DNA of 64,000 bases from Octopus bimaculoides (GCF_001194135.2 NC_068981.1:121378131-121442130), one strand, 5' to 3'; shown: positions 12,275 to 26,127, counted from the stretch's first letter. The notes: a model not told the origin generated them from the letters alone. Translations and numbers: made by a program.

Positions 12275-12470
12275 GAAACACAAACACACACACAGAAGAA
12301 ACACAAACACACACTTGTGCTTATATGATCGGGTTCCATTCGATTTCCGTCTGCCAAATTCAATGACAAGGCTTTGGTCGGCGTGGGTCTATAGTAGAAA
12401 ATCCATGCTCAAATTTCTGCGCAGTAGGGCTGAAACCGAAACGTCGTGGCTGCAAAGCATGCAAAATTTG
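11970..12470 (-). mobile_element. Diverged SINE family A with long internal (CA)n (12187-12270)
   Basis: Matches reverse complement of 46223-46617 on both sides of the microsatellite. Confidence 0.7.
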
Positions 12471-13884
12471 TGAGCGCGCACACCCGCGCAATTATGTTAT
12501 AGTGAAATCAAATTACATAACTCTATCGATAATTTGGAAGAATAACGTAAAATTATATATTCGAACATACAAAAGCAACATGGGAACTTCAGTAGAATGT
12601 TTGAAAGCGAGCGGGGAAGGGGGAAAAGAGTGATAGTTATGTGTATATAAATAGTAAGAGGGAGAAATTTAGAAAGAGAGTGAAAGAGGGAGGCGAGAAA
12701 GTGAGAAAGAGAGTGAGAGAGGGAGGAGAGAGAGAGTGAGAAAAAGCGTGATGATTTGATAGAAATTATCAACGAAACCATTGACTCCGTACTAAAATAC
12801 TAGAAAATTTTGGCAAATATTCACTTCATTGGAAACAGTGTTACATCATCGAAATAGAATGGATCTCCTTAAAGGCTACAGGTTAACATCATGAACAATG
12901 ATATTACTCACTATGAATGTAACTATGTGAAAGTTAAAGACAAATGATGGATTGTACTTAACTATGTTTAGCACAGACATTCATTGAACAAACAACTGAA
13001 TAATCGTTTCTCTGTCTTAACTTTTGTTTATACTCTTGGGTTTTGCTTCGTTTTATTTTATTCATGTTTTTTAACCATTTATTTTCCGTATCCCTCCATT
13101 ATGCAGTACTTAACTCGTAAATGAAATAAACGGTAGTATTTATACAGTATATAAGTTTGTATGCTGATGTATGAATGCATGTATGTATGTATATATGTAT
13201 GTATGTAAATATTTATGTGNNNNNNNNNNNNNNNNNNNNNNNNNNNNNNNNNNNNNNNNNNNNNNNNNNNNNNNNNNNNNNNNNNNNNNNNNNNNNNNNN
13301 NNNNNNNNNNNNNNNNNNNNNNNNNNNNNNNNNNNNNNNNNNNNNNNNNNNNNNNNNNNNNNNNNNNNNNNNNNNNATGAATATATATGTATATAGACGC
13401 ACACACACACTCACACACACAAACACACACACAAACACGCACACAAACACACACGCACGCACAAATACGCACACACACACTTATTTAGATAGATTGCTTG
13501 ATATATGTAAAATCCAAATGAAGACTAAGAAAAAGTTTATCTCATCTTTAAATCACCAGTTACTCTTTTTTCGAAATCACTCGCTTTTCCGCTAATAGTT
13601 TGTAATGTCAGACAGCAGATTTTGTTGCAGGGCTAACAAAATGCCAATCTAATGTAAAAAAATGGTAAATATTACGTAACTTTACACCTGAAATTTTTAC
13701 GCGCATCGGCGTTAAGAACAGAATAGTACCGAAAGAATTGTTACTGGTCATTGAAGATGTATTTGGGTTATAATTTACTCTTCACAAAGCTCACAAACTG
13801 GATTTACTGGAGATGTATCTGTATTTCCTACACCAGTAGAATTTCCCTTTTCCTCGATACTAATTCAAGAGTGTAGAATCGACA

Positions 13885-14205
13885 CAGTGGCTCTCAAATA
13901 GGGTCATATGATCCCAAAGAGTCTATATAAGACTTTTGTAGGTCAGCGCAAGCAAAAAATTAAAATAAAGATCTGCATTAGCATATTAAGAGTTCATGAC
14001 AAATTTTGATTGAGATGTATTTATTGCAAAAAGCAGCTAAATTTCTTTCTGAAACGTTTCGTAAGTTAAAGTGTGAATGACAAAATAGAAATCTTGAAAT
14101 GTGTGTCTCTAAACCTAGCTTTTAAACGTCGAATAACTAGTGGGGGACACCAGAATAGAATAGTAATCAAAGGGATCAATAAATAAAATTGTTTAAAAAC
14201 CACTG
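13885..14205. mobile_element. hAT/Charlie-like MITE
   Basis: Termini CAGTGGCTCTCAAA ... TTTAAAAACCACTG are imperfect TIRs of the CAGTGGTTCTCAA type; no clean 8-bp TSD. Confidence 0.55.
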
Positions 14206-14340
14206 GCATTGACAGACACGAGCTCGGGTTGAGTGTTGATTTTGTACCCTCAACGGTTTCACAAATGCTCTTCAATAAAGTATTATCATTAGATATTAGG
14301 AACAGAAAGCGATGTGGAGTTGATTTGTACATGGAACTAT

Positions 14341-14479
14341 GTTAACAGCATGAACAATAGCATTGCCGAACAATAATTGTTAACAGCATAAACAGTAATA
14401 TTACCGAGCAATAATATTGTTCATAACATGAACAATAAATATGAATGTAACTACGTGAAAGTTAACAATAATATTGTTA
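14341..14479. repeat. Three-unit 38-40 bp tandem repeat; single-unit relative at 12882-12937
   Basis: Units start 14341, 14379, 14419; shared tail TATGAATGTAACTA(C/T)GTGAAAGTTAA. Confidence 0.75.
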
Positions 14480-14834
14480 GATAGGATATACAACTGTGTC
14501 TAATTTTACACATATGCATACACAAACATGTCCATCCGGTTGTCTATGCCATTACTAAGGTGTTGCTTCTAATGCTGCCTTCACACGGGTCCCCTGCTAT
14601 GATGTAGGTTGCACATAATTTCTTAGAAAGTAGATGACCAATCGTTGCTTGTGTGTGTTGGTACTTCATTCAGATTCCTTTAATTTTCGACACGCCGTAG
14701 GATATCTGCGCCTCTTTGAATCTCGAGCAGTTGCAACATCTGCTCCAATACTTTTGACTCTATGCCGTGATACCAGTTTGAGATGCCGATTTTATTAACT
14801 CTCAACGTTAAAATTTCTCATTCGTTCTTCTAGG

Positions 14835-14842
14835 ACCATACA

Positions 14843-14904
<62 letters not shown>

Positions 14905-15070
14905 CGACGTGTTTCTTTCAGTTTCCGCCTACCAAATCCACTTCCAGGGTCTTGGTCTGCCTGAGGCTGATACACTAGAAGGCACATACCGAGGTGGCAT
15001 GCAGTGGAGCTGAACCAGAAACTATGTGGTTGGGAAGCAAACTTGTTGCCACAGAGGCACGCCTGTGCTT
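14835..15070 (-). mobile_element. SINE family A, 5' part plus (CA)n
   Basis: Reverse complement of family A head through ggaaactgaaagaa and microsatellite. Confidence 0.8.
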
Positions 15071-15089
15071 ACTATCGTTATCTTTCAGA

Positions 15090-15470
15090 TTTTGTTTTAG
15101 TATTTTGACTGTGGCCATGCTGGGATACAACTTGAAGGGTTGTAAATGAACAAACCAAACTAGGTTCTTATTTCTTAAAGATGAGTAATTAGTCAATCTC
15201 TCTCTTTTGCCGAACTTCTAAGTTGCGAGGACAGAAACAAACCAACACAGGTTGATAAGCAGTGAAGGGAGAGGCGAAAACACATGCATATACATACTCT
15301 CTCTCTCTCTCCACATCTCTCTCTCCCCTCCAGACACACATACATGTACGACTAGCTTCTTTCAGTTTCTTTTAATCAAATCCACTCACAAGGCTTTCAT
15401 CAAGCCGATACTTTAGAAGACACTTTCAATGGAATTGAATCCGAAACCATCTGAATTGGAAGCAATTGAG
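15090..15470 (-). mobile_element. SINE family A, diverged
   Basis: ctgtggccatgctgg 3' module, ttttgccgaac, aatccactcacaaggcttt. Confidence 0.7.
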
Positions 15471-16009
15471 AAGTAAGTTCAGAGAGAACTGCGCCTAGTG
15501 AAAATTAAATGGAAGATATATAGAAGGTTAGCATGAAGTTAGTAAATGCTTTGGACAACAGAGTATCTTTATTCTTCCTTTAAGGCGACGATTTGATTGA
15601 ATCATTAGATCTTCAGAGCGAAATCCTTTTGGCAATTGTATTGGATTTCTGCACACTTTAGCCATAAAGTTAAGAATTAAGTTATTTGGTGTGTCTGGCG
15701 GAGTGGATGAGACACAGTTAAAGCATTTAGTAATATCAAAATTTTACTGATATAATATAAATTTTTATTAATAACTTAGTAAGAAGTTACTAGAAATGAT
15801 ATACAGTAACATAAAATATACTAAAATAAATAAAAGTAGGTAAATGATAAATGACGTAATTTATCAGAGAATATAAAAGTGAAATTGAAAATTAAATGTA
15901 ATGATAAAGCAATTTTTTAATTCGGGAAGATATGTACCATGTTACGGAAATATACACATATGCTATGTATGTACGATCACAGATTTACGTACAAGTAGAT
16001 ATATATTTA

Positions 16010-16034
16010 CCGGTACACACACACACGCACACGT

Positions 16035-16066
<32 letters not shown>

Positions 16067-16078
16067 ACACACACACAC

Positions 16079-16145
<67 letters not shown>

Positions 16146-16420
16146 GTACACACACGCACACTCACTCATACACGCACGCAGCACACAACACACACACAGG
16201 AACCCACACAGTAACATACAAATACACTATTATGAGCACAGATTGAGTTTTTGTTTTTTTTTCTCTTTTTCTCTCTATAAGCACCTTCACACTCGAACGT
16301 ACACGTACATATACATACATACACGTTCACAGACACACATATACATATATATGCATACACATACACACATACACACACACAAACACACATACACACGTAT
16401 AGGCGAGCGCACACACATAT
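16010..16420. repeat. Degenerate (CA)n-rich microsatellite field
   Basis: Directly visible. Confidence 0.9.
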
Positions 16421-16839
16421 AACAGAATTCAGTAAGACTTTGGAAAATGCTTAAGATGGAATGATGCGTCTGCTGTAAGCCGCGCAGCTATACAAAGCAC
16501 AAGACCTCAGAACATTCACAATTCAAATTAAGGAACTTGATGTAATAAGCTAGGGCCTTGTATATCTGCGGCCTATCGAAAACAAATTCAGTCCACACAG
16601 TTTCAAGGAATAGTTTTATATATACCTAATACAGGAAAAGAAGTTGTAATATAGCGGAGAGGAATCGAACACCCTGTGTGCTTTAAAGGACATGGCCGTA
16701 ATAGAAAGAGTGGTAGAGAGAGGGTAGAGACAAGGGTAGAAAGGGAGTGAAAAAATGATGGGGATGGAGAGAGTGAGGAAAGAGAAAGAGAGAGTTGCTG
16801 AAAAATTACATATACGAGAAGACAAATTGTTAGTAAAAT

Positions 16840-17215
16840 TTGTGCATAGTGGTTGTATGATGGGACGTTTGTCTCCAAACGACATGGTTCCGGGTTCACT
16901 TCCACAGCATGGAAGCTTGGGCAAATGTTTTCTGCTATAACCTCGGGCTGACCAAAGCCTTGTGAGTGGTTTTGGTAGGCGGAAACTGAAAGATTCCCGT
17001 CGTATACATATATAGGTGTGTATGTGAGAGAGAGAGTTTGTGTTTATGTTTGTTCACCACCACTACCTGGTAGTTTAGCAAGAAACCGATAGCATAAGGG
17101 TTAGGCCTAAAAATATTTTTTTAAAAGTACTGGGGTATAAATCATTTGACCAATAACTCACTTCCCTCAGTATGGCAGCAGTCTAATGACTGAAACAGGT
17201 AAAATATAAAAAGAT
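16840..17215 (+). mobile_element. SINE family A
   Basis: atggttccgggttca, gaccaaagccttgtgagtgg, 3' gcagtctaatgactgaaacaggtaaaa. Confidence 0.85.
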
Positions 17216-17334
17216 ATATAATATCATGCATACTTTTACGCCTGTTTATTTGAAACATGTACTAGTCAAAGAAGCCTAATAACTTTCAATTAGGTATAAA
17301 GTGCTTAGATGTCTTAATTAGAGGAAGTTACTAC

Positions 17335-17480
17335 AGATGTGAGCATGGCTTTGTGGTAAAAAGCAGGGTTCATTCCCACTGCGTGGCACATTAGGCAAGT
17401 GTCTTCTACTATAGCCACGGGTCGACAAAAGCTTTGTAAGTGGATTTGGTATACGAAAACTGAAAAAAGCCTGTCGTATA
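17335..17480 (+). mobile_element. SINE family A, 5' half running into (AT)n and gap
   Basis: cccactgcgtggcac, ggcaagtgtcttctactatagc. Confidence 0.8.
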
Positions 17481-17841
17481 TTATATATGTATATATATAT
17501 ATATATATATNNNNNNNNNNNNNNNNNNNNNNNNNNNNNNNNNNNNNNNNNNNNNNNNNNNNNNNNNNNNNNNNNNNNNNNNNNNNNNNNNNNNNNNNNN
17601 NNNNNNNNNNNNNNNNNNNNNNNNNNNNNNNNNNNNNNNNNNNNNNNNNNNNNNNNNNNNNNNNNNNNNNNNNNNNNNNNNNNNNNNNNNNNNNNNNNNN
17701 NNNNNNNNNNNNNNNNNNNNNNNNNNNNNNNNNNNNNNNNNNNNNNNNNNNNNNNNNNNNNNNNNNNNNNNNNNNNNNNNNNNNNNNNNNNNNNNNNNNN
17801 NNNNNNNNNNNNNNNNNNNNNNNNNNNNNNNNNNNNNNNNN

Positions 17842-17895
<54 letters not shown>

Positions 17896-18644
17896 TCTTT
17901 TTCACAGTTTCGTCCTACATGCTGTTCTGACGATTTAAAAATGGGTCGCGAAAAAGGCCTTGAGCATCTAAATGTATTGACTTCTCTTCTCTGGTTTCTT
18001 TACCCAAACATTCATACATATATTTGTAAATATATCCCCTGATGCGTGTGTATGTGTCTTTTCTTTTAGACACACACTGCTGGAGTCCGGCCTTATTGTG
18101 GCAACGCTTTGAAGTTTAAATCGGACAAATATTTCTACCATTATTTATTTTAAGGATGGCTGTTATTGAGTTTGCCGAACTATTTGGTTCCAAACATAAC
18201 CCAACCAAAGCTGGTTGGGATGCTGCGAGAGAAACCTCAAATTTGCAGAAACACAGGCGCTTATAGATACAGACATACATACACACACATACGCCGCGCG
18301 CACATATTTAATAACTTTCCGCTTGAATTCTTGGTGAATAGAAATTGTCTCTCCTTTGCGAGAAAAGTAAATAGATGCCTCGTTAATTGGGATCAAGTCT
18401 AAAAAATGTATAGATAATCTTAGTAGAAAAATAGGAGGGTAGACCTTTTGTCTGTCGACAAGAGTACAGCTGTGGACTTGTGTTTCTGTTTCATTAGGCG
18501 TCACCAGAGTAAGAGTTGTTCTATATTGACTCCTGCAGATATGACACATAGATATATCTTCTAAATCACACACCCATGGCTGCACCTCATCTTGAGTATC
18601 AATGGCTGCGAGTTCGGAATTTGTGGAGGCGTGTGGCTTAGGGA

Positions 18645-18830
18645 TTAGGCTGTTGCATTTATGATCGTAAAATTATGGTTTCGTTTCTTCTTCCAGTTCA
18701 CGCAGTTGGCAAAAATGAGTAATACTGCGACAGAGTAGTGTCCTGTTCAGGACGGGTGGGCTGGTGACATATATGCCATATATCCGGGAAGTCTGCCTTA
18801 TGAACCTACGTCTCAAGAAGGACAGTGATC
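18645..18830 (+). mobile_element. tRNA-derived SINE, family D (diverged)
   Basis: ggaggcgtgtggcttag head; 3' part similar to reverse complement of 20255-20360. Confidence 0.55.
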
Positions 18831-19493
18831 CTTTTATTTGTTATTCGAAATTTAGAAGTCGCACGAGTTTACTTTGTTTTCTTGTACGACACACAATTAT
18901 ATTCCATACACCACCTTAAATACGTTCACTCGACAACCGTTCTAAAATTCCCTTTTAAAATTTTGGTTCTGTTCCAATGTAGAAAATCAATATTCTGGTA
19001 AATCATAGTAAATACTCACACGTATAAGGAGAAAGAAAGTACATGACACCACATATACAAACACGCACTCACGCACATACACACACACATACAGTCAAGC
19101 AGAACTACTTATACATGAAATTGTAACTTCAAAAATAAGTAACCAATTTTACACCGAAGTAAAAATAAGATAAAAAAGTAACAAACAATCATGAAAGACT
19201 AAGAATCGTTTCGAAAATATCAATAACTGGCGACTAAAATTCTGCTGAGAGATTTATATTTAACAGAGCTTATCAATTTATAACTGAATATATTAGGTAT
19301 ATAACGAAATTTTAAGTCATTTGCAGGCCTACAAGGATTATATAAGTGAAAATTTGTAAATATGATAATGTTTTTTATGTTTCAATCTAAAGCAATTATT
19401 TATTATTTAAATATTTGTGCTGTAAAGCATTTCTTAAACCTAATAACCGGTATCTAAACATGATGCATAATAAGATATATATGAAGAACTTGT

Positions 19494-20043
19494 ATTTGTT
19501 GTGTATTAATTTTGGGAACGAAACCCTGCCATTGTGTTTTCTACTTGACACTCTATGCAATGCTAACGATGATTCCAGATAATCATTGTAACTTCAGTCT
19601 TACCACATCTCTGCTACAACATACTCCCCCCTGCTAACGCATGGAATTGGCATTCATAGTTATTTACTTCCAAAGTTAACGGTGGTATACAGTTTATGAA
19701 GTTACTTCAGTGTCTGCTAGATACAGAATTAACTGGTGTAAGATGACAAACAGAGATAAAGATGACATTTGTCGTGTATTAACATGGGGAACGTAAACGT
19801 GCCACTGTGTTTTCTGTTTAGCACTCAAAGCATTGTGCTTACTCTAACGAAGATTGTGAACAAACATCTTAACTTCACAGTCTTACCGCATCTCTGCTAC
19901 AAAATGTTCACCACTGCTAACGTATTCATAGTTATTATTCATTCTAAAAGTTAACAGTGGTGTACTATTTATGAAAAGTCACTTCGGTGTCTGCTAGAGA
20001 CAAAATTAACTGGCGTTAGATGACATACTGAGACAAAGATGAC
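19494..20043. repeat. Old head-to-tail tandem duplication of ~273-277 bp
   Basis: Copies 19494-19766 and 19767-20043 share blocks such as cagtcttacc.catctctgctacaa, ttcatagttatt, gtgtctgctaga. Confidence 0.9.
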
Positions 20044-20254
20044 TTTGTGAGGTAAAATAAAGACATGATTACTGAAGAAATAAACCTACGTCGATGCTAA
20101 ATAGCCACTTTAATATTCACAAACTACTTTGCCCACCAATTTCAAGATTTAACCAAAACAACGTGGTCTTAGTAGAGTGCAAACGTTCAACACACATAGA
20201 TGCATTATTATATGAATGCGTTTTTGCGCTCTCCTTCCATCAAAAAGGAACAAA

Positions 20255-20472
20255 AGTCCTTTCCGAGCAAGAAGTTCATAAGGGTGGTTTCTCCGGATTC
20301 TGTAGCGTATATATTCCCTTCCTGGACGGGACACGCTTCCGTCGCAGGATTGCTCTTTTCTGGCCAGCAACTTGAACTGAAGTGTGTTTCTCAAAAAACA
20401 CAACGCCTCGCTTGGTCCAGGAATTGAAACCGCCATCTTACGATTTCAACACCTTAACCACTAAGCTACGTT
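20255..20472 (-). mobile_element. tRNA-derived SINE, family D
   Basis: Minus strand gtagcttagtggttaagg (A box), ggtttcaattcc (B box), body ctgcgacggaagcgtgtcccgtccagg. Confidence 0.7.
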
Positions 20473-20562
20473 CTTTCACGTTCTCTTTGAATTGACGCGT
20501 GTGCACGCACACTCATACATATATGTCTGTGTATAACTGAATCAATATATTTTGTAAGGGTC

Positions 20563-20682
20563 CACCGAGGTCAACTTTGCCTTTCATCCTTTCGGAGTCG
20601 ATAGAATAACTACTAGAGATTGGTCTAATCGACTGGCTCCTCCCCTAAAATTTCGGGCCTTGTTCCAAGAGTAGAAAAGAAT
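20563..20682 (+). mobile_element. 5'-truncated SINE family B
   Basis: gaggtcaactttgcctttcatcctttcggagtcgata ... aaatttcgggccttgt. Confidence 0.85.
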
Positions 20683-20708
20683 ATATTTTGTAATAATAAT
20701 AATGAAAA

Positions 20709-20792
<84 letters not shown>

Positions 20793-20813
20793 AACAACTA
20801 CTACTACTACTAC
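20709..20813. repeat. (CTA)n microsatellite
   Basis: Directly visible. Confidence 0.95.
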
Positions 20814-20941
20814 TAATAATAATATTATGTGTATGTGTATGAGAGTACTGAGTTCGATTCTCTGTAGCGTACGTTTTTGTTTACACGCTAGGCCCCTCGT
20901 AGTAGAAATTTCTAATATTTCTTATTACCCTGATATTATTA

Positions 20942-20979
<38 letters not shown>

Positions 20980-21447
20980 NNNNNNNNNNNNNNNNNNNNN
21001 NNNNNNNNNNNNNNNNNNNNNNNNNNNNNNNNNNNNNNNNNNNNNNNNNNNNNNNNNNNNNNNNNNNNNNNNNNNNNNNNNNNNNNNNNNNNNNNNNNNN
21101 NNNNNNNNNNNNNNNNNNNNNNNNNNNNNNNNNNNNNNNNNNNNNNNNNNNNNNNNNNNNNNNNNNNNNNNNNNNNNNNNNNNNNNNNNNNNNNNNNNNN
21201 NNNNNNNNNNNNNNNNNNNNNNNNNNNNNNNNNNNNNNNNNNNNNNNNNNNNNNNNNNNNNNNNNNNNNNNNNNNNNNNNNNNNNNNNNNNNNNNNNNNN
21301 NNNNNNNNNNNNNNNNNNNNNNNNNNNNNNNNNNNNNNNNNNNNNNNNNNNNNNNNNNNNNNNNNNNNNNNNNNNNNNNNNNNNNNNNNNNNNNNNNNNN
21401 NNNNNNNNNNNNNNNNNNNNNNNNNNNNNNNNNNNNNNNNNNNNATA

Positions 21448-21478
<31 letters not shown>

Positions 21479-24400
21479 TCCATGATGCTTTTTTGAGGCA
21501 AGAAAGACAGTCATTTGTGGCTTCCGGAAACTTGTATATTTTGTTGACCACAAAAATCAAATCAGAAGAATTTAGATTAGGCATCAGTATCATTACTTTA
21601 GTCATATAAGATCTCTTTTCTTTCCCAAAGCTGAAAATCGATTTATCTACCATAATCTTCTGAATCGGAGGTAGAAACGTTAGGAATCAAATAAGTTGTA
21701 CACTCATTTTTGCAACACTACCAGGAATGTTAAAATTGATGCAGTTGGTATATTGCTTGATAGCTGATAGTATAATCTGTACAGAAGAATGTTGTGAAAT
21801 GTTTGAGTGAGATATTTAAAGCTTCATTAAGGTATGGTGGAGAGTATAACAGGGAGAGAGGAGGCAGATGACAGGCGAGCTATGGGAATATGGATAGATA
21901 CTGTTGAGTACAAGCCTCGTTCTTCTAGTGGTACAAGAGAAAGAGTGTTTGTACGAGGGAGGGAGTAGAAGAGAGAAGAGAGGAGAAGAGAGGAGAAGAG
22001 AGAGGGAGAAGCAGAGTAATAGAGATGGAGAAAGAACGAAATAAAACAGTCATATTAGCAATTGAAATTTACCTTATCAGTCATGTGAGCTTTCTTTTGA
22101 TTTCAGCTTCCGATATTTGTGTAACGAAAGTGAACTATTTGGGCTTTGCGTTAGTAACAGATCAACGCGCGGAAATATTGATATTTTTATGGCTATTTTC
22201 GTGATGTAATATTGTCAATACCTTGTATGTTACATTGAATAAAAATTACCAGAAGGAGTGAGAGTAGCATTTGGAGTAACTTGAAAGGGAAATTTCTGTG
22301 TTGTCCCTGAGTAGAATAATGATTGTGACATTTTGTTGTTAAAAGGCATGTTAAATTTGTTTTTGACACGAACTTGATTAAGGAAGTGTGACATGAGTTA
22401 CCACTCGCATAGCAATGTGTGTATTATCTGAAAGGAGAGCAAATAAATCGCTAGTGAATGAATGAAAGCGTTGTAAGAAATATGAGTGGATAACTTGTGC
22501 GACAGAGACTTATGCCTGGCCATGTTGTATTGAGGTTGGTGCATATCTAAAAGTAATATCTCTCAAAAGAGAGAAACCCTAATATCAAAGGGATGAGAGT
22601 ATGAATGAAACAATACTGTATTAAACTGGTACAAACAGTCGGTGCTTCGCTGATATTGTCTTCAGCTAGATATGTGTCGAGTTATACAGAACAATGCATC
22701 AGGATGTGTAACTCTGAGCGTGCCAACAGAAATGGGAATGCAATAAAGAAGACGATCCTTCACAACACCTTATTATCTTTGAAATTTTGGCATCGACAAT
22801 GATGAATCGATAGTTAGGAAACTAATGAGTGTTAAGAGAGTAATGCAAAATTTGTTGAAATCTCCTGGGTAAGAAAATAGACACATATATTGGTGCTATG
22901 TGGAAAGCAAATGAACTTGCAAGTATTGTAGTGAATGTATATACCATTTCCGTTTCTAGTGTTTATCTTCAAAGTGTTGATAAAATCAATATTGTCTTTG
23001 GTGGTTAACCACTTTCCTTTCGTCATTGACCCTCATAGTTAGACTTCACGTATTTCATAAATTGACGTAACATGCTAAGAAAGATAGTGTAATACATAAA
23101 CTTAGCTGTTTCAGATGGATCGGAGGTGTAATGAATTTGTTGCTACTAGTATTCACAACAAACTTGTGTAACTCCAAAATGTTAATGGGTAAAAAGTATG
23201 TAGTACAAGATTGTTCGAGAATATGGTATGTGTTGCATTGATTAGTCAGAAATCAAGCGATAGAAGTAGAAACAATAATGGCTGATGTAGAAAACAGGCT
23301 AGACGTTTCTTTGCTGACATAAAATAGGCTCTGATCGTGCATCTGTAACGAAAATCGTTCTAACAAAGATCATCGTCTTTTTGATTATCAGATATATAGC
23401 TAATGCCATGTTAATTAGCAGATTTTACATAAGATTTTGAGGATTGATTGAACTGTAAGCAGTACTTTGCAGAAAGTCTTTGGTTGAATATTTTGTGAAG
23501 GTGTTGCATCTTCTTTGCTCACGTGAGGTCAACAGTGTTTGACGTTTCAGTGTGTCACGATGCAAACATTGGAGAGTGATCAACGTTTCGGTGTCGGCGT
23601 AGTAAAAGTGTGATAACTATAAGGTAACGTGTACTTAATTTCAACGAGCGTGTTTAGTTTTGAAAAGTTAGCGATTGCATGTAGATAAGTGGATAAGTGG
23701 TATTCAGAAGCGTTACAGGAACAGTAGAGCCAGGAGATAAACTTAAGAGGATATGAGAAGAACATTTTATCCATGGTAACTGGATATATAATATAGTTCG
23801 ATGAATATGCAGACATACTTTAAAGCAGAACTGGAGTGTACAGTGTAGCCTGGAGATTAGAGCAGTGCTATTAACAGATAGCGAGTGAGTCGTAAAAATA
23901 TGTTTTTTTACATTAACTTCATGTGGTCTCCAGTTTGAACAGAAGGCCAAAGATCACTGTGAAGAGTAATGGAAATTATCCATAGATCGATCGTGCTGCC
24001 TTACTGATCATATCTCAAGTGTCTTGTTTTTAAAAGAAGGTTAATTATTTTAGAAATTAAAGTGACCGATCCCAAGGTTAAAGCGAAATGAAACCAATGC
24101 AGATTTGAGAGAACCTTCATTATTAAGTCTGTGGTTATCAATTTCAAATGTAATAGATAATTTCATGTGACTATTAAGGATGAAATATGATTCAAATGTA
24201 TGAAATAGAAATGGTTTAAGTTAGGTGAATTATATAAAAGCCACATGGTTACACGGTAGTTTTTTTTATTAAGCAGATGTATTTTGCATTAAGGAAGAAG
24301 TCATTTATACAAGCTGGTTTCTTCAAGCTATTTTGATGAAGCTTAAGATTAAATTACACTATGGTTTATTAATTCTCTCATAACGAATATTGACAGCCTT

Positions 24401-25036
24401 GTTGCATTTGAAGAAAATATTAATATTTATCAGAAAGAATATATTTAGCTACAAGTGGCCAAAAAGAGGAGTAGAGCAATATATTGCTTTTTGCTTTTTT
24501 AAAAATTATTCAAATCTATTGCGTATAAAAATAAAACTTTTAGTTCCAAAACTGAAACTGCGAAATCTTAATGATCATGATGTTTGAATTTAATTCGAGA
24601 ATACTTCTTAAATTACAGTAAGAATTGCTAAACAAATATACAGCTGTCTTCTCAATGACGTTCGTGATTTTTTCCAGTTGTAGTCGATTCATTTCTTGGT
24701 TTGTTTTCTTTGCTTTATAACTCTGAGCTTTATTATATTTCCCAACAGGGAAACACTTAGAATCAGGAATGTATATCACTAAATATCTTTCGAAAAATAT
24801 TCTCTAGTAAGCTTCTAACGAGGCAATATGGGCTTCAATTCTCGAAAAGAAAAACAATGTATTAAATACACTGACGCTTCTTTAATACCCTTGAGGAGAA
24901 TAATAACAATAACACATTTGCTACAGTCGACTAGGATTGGCTATATCTCAGAAATAGATACAAAATCTCGTACTTTTCTTACATACGCTGTTAAACAGCT
25001 AAGTAAATATGCAATTGATATTGATTGAGTGCAAGG

Positions 25037-25115
25037 TGGTGGCGAGTTGGCACAAACGTTGGCACGCCGGATACAATGCATAGCGAAATTTCGTCCGACT
25101 TCATGCTCTCCATTC
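25037..25115 (+). mobile_element. SINE family B head fragment
   Basis: ggtggcgagttggcacaaacgttggcacgccgg. Confidence 0.55.
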
Positions 25116-25321
25116 AATATCTGACTTTTCCTTTCATCACATTCGGTGATTCTCTTCTTCTCGCTGCATATATATATATATATATATAGCAAAAATTTCG
25201 ATTCAGATGAATTAGGTACTTAAGTTGAGGCACTAGAATTTCAAAATAAGGTGATTAAAATCAAAATAAGCAATAGGATATCTAGAGGTAATGCAGTACG
25301 ATCGTTTCAAGTGACTCCATT

Positions 25322-25797
25322 TAATTGAACAATGCGACCATGACATCAATTTAAATGCAGACCAATTGTCAGCTGCATAAATACATAGAATTAAATTAAA
25401 ATTTAAACAGATGGACACATTACAATAATTATACCTAAACCCTCTTTGTCTATCTCCTTACCTTCTTGGAGGTTTTAGGTAAAATTATTGTAATGTGATC
25501 ATCTGTTTTAATTTTAATTCATTTCTATGTATTTATGCAGGTGAGGATTGCTCTGCATTTAAATTGATGTAATGGTCGCATTGTTCAATTACAAATTTGT
25601 ACATTAAATTTACATTTATATGACATAGGTAATAATTTCATCAAAGGAAAAAAAGATGTACCGGTTAGATGTTATATGTGCTCTTATCAAATGAATTGAT
25701 AAGCCCACATATAACATCCAAAGCTACATATTTTTTCCTCCGACGAAATGATTGCTCATGTCATATAAATGCAAATTTAATGTACAAATTTGTAATT
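25322..25797. repeat. Two abutting long imperfect inverted repeats
   Basis: Hairpin 1 arms 25322-25444 / 25469-25591 (12 mismatches in 123 bp, no indels); hairpin 2 arms 25587-25690 / 25696-25797. Confidence 0.9.
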
Positions 25798-26096
25798 AAA
25801 TAATTGAATATTAATTGAAAAGGCTGCAAAAAGTGAAGATGACCAATAATAATAAACAATTAACAATAAACAATTACTAACTGCCTAATTTCCATTTTCT
25901 TTTCTTCTTTTAACTGGATATAAACTATATGCGTTATATATNNNNNNNNNNNNNNNNNNNNNNNNNNNNNNNNNNNNNNNNNNNNNNNNNNNNNNNNNNN
26001 NNNNNNNNNNNNNNNNNNNNNNNNNNNNNNNNNNNNNNNNNNNNNNNNNNNNNNNNNNNNNNNNNNNNNNNNNNNNNNNNNNNNNNNNNNNNNNNN

Positions 26097-26127
<31 letters not shown>

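Noticed and set aside
13876-14214. GAATCGACA / GCATTGACA as TSD of the hAT-like MITE
   Set aside because: 7/9 match and the wrong length for hAT (8 bp); may be chance.
21780-24100. Purine-biased region with faint RT-like words (FADIK*A.DR near 23310, EYAD near 23805)
   Set aside because: May be an ancient LINE, but the motifs are too degraded to call by eye.
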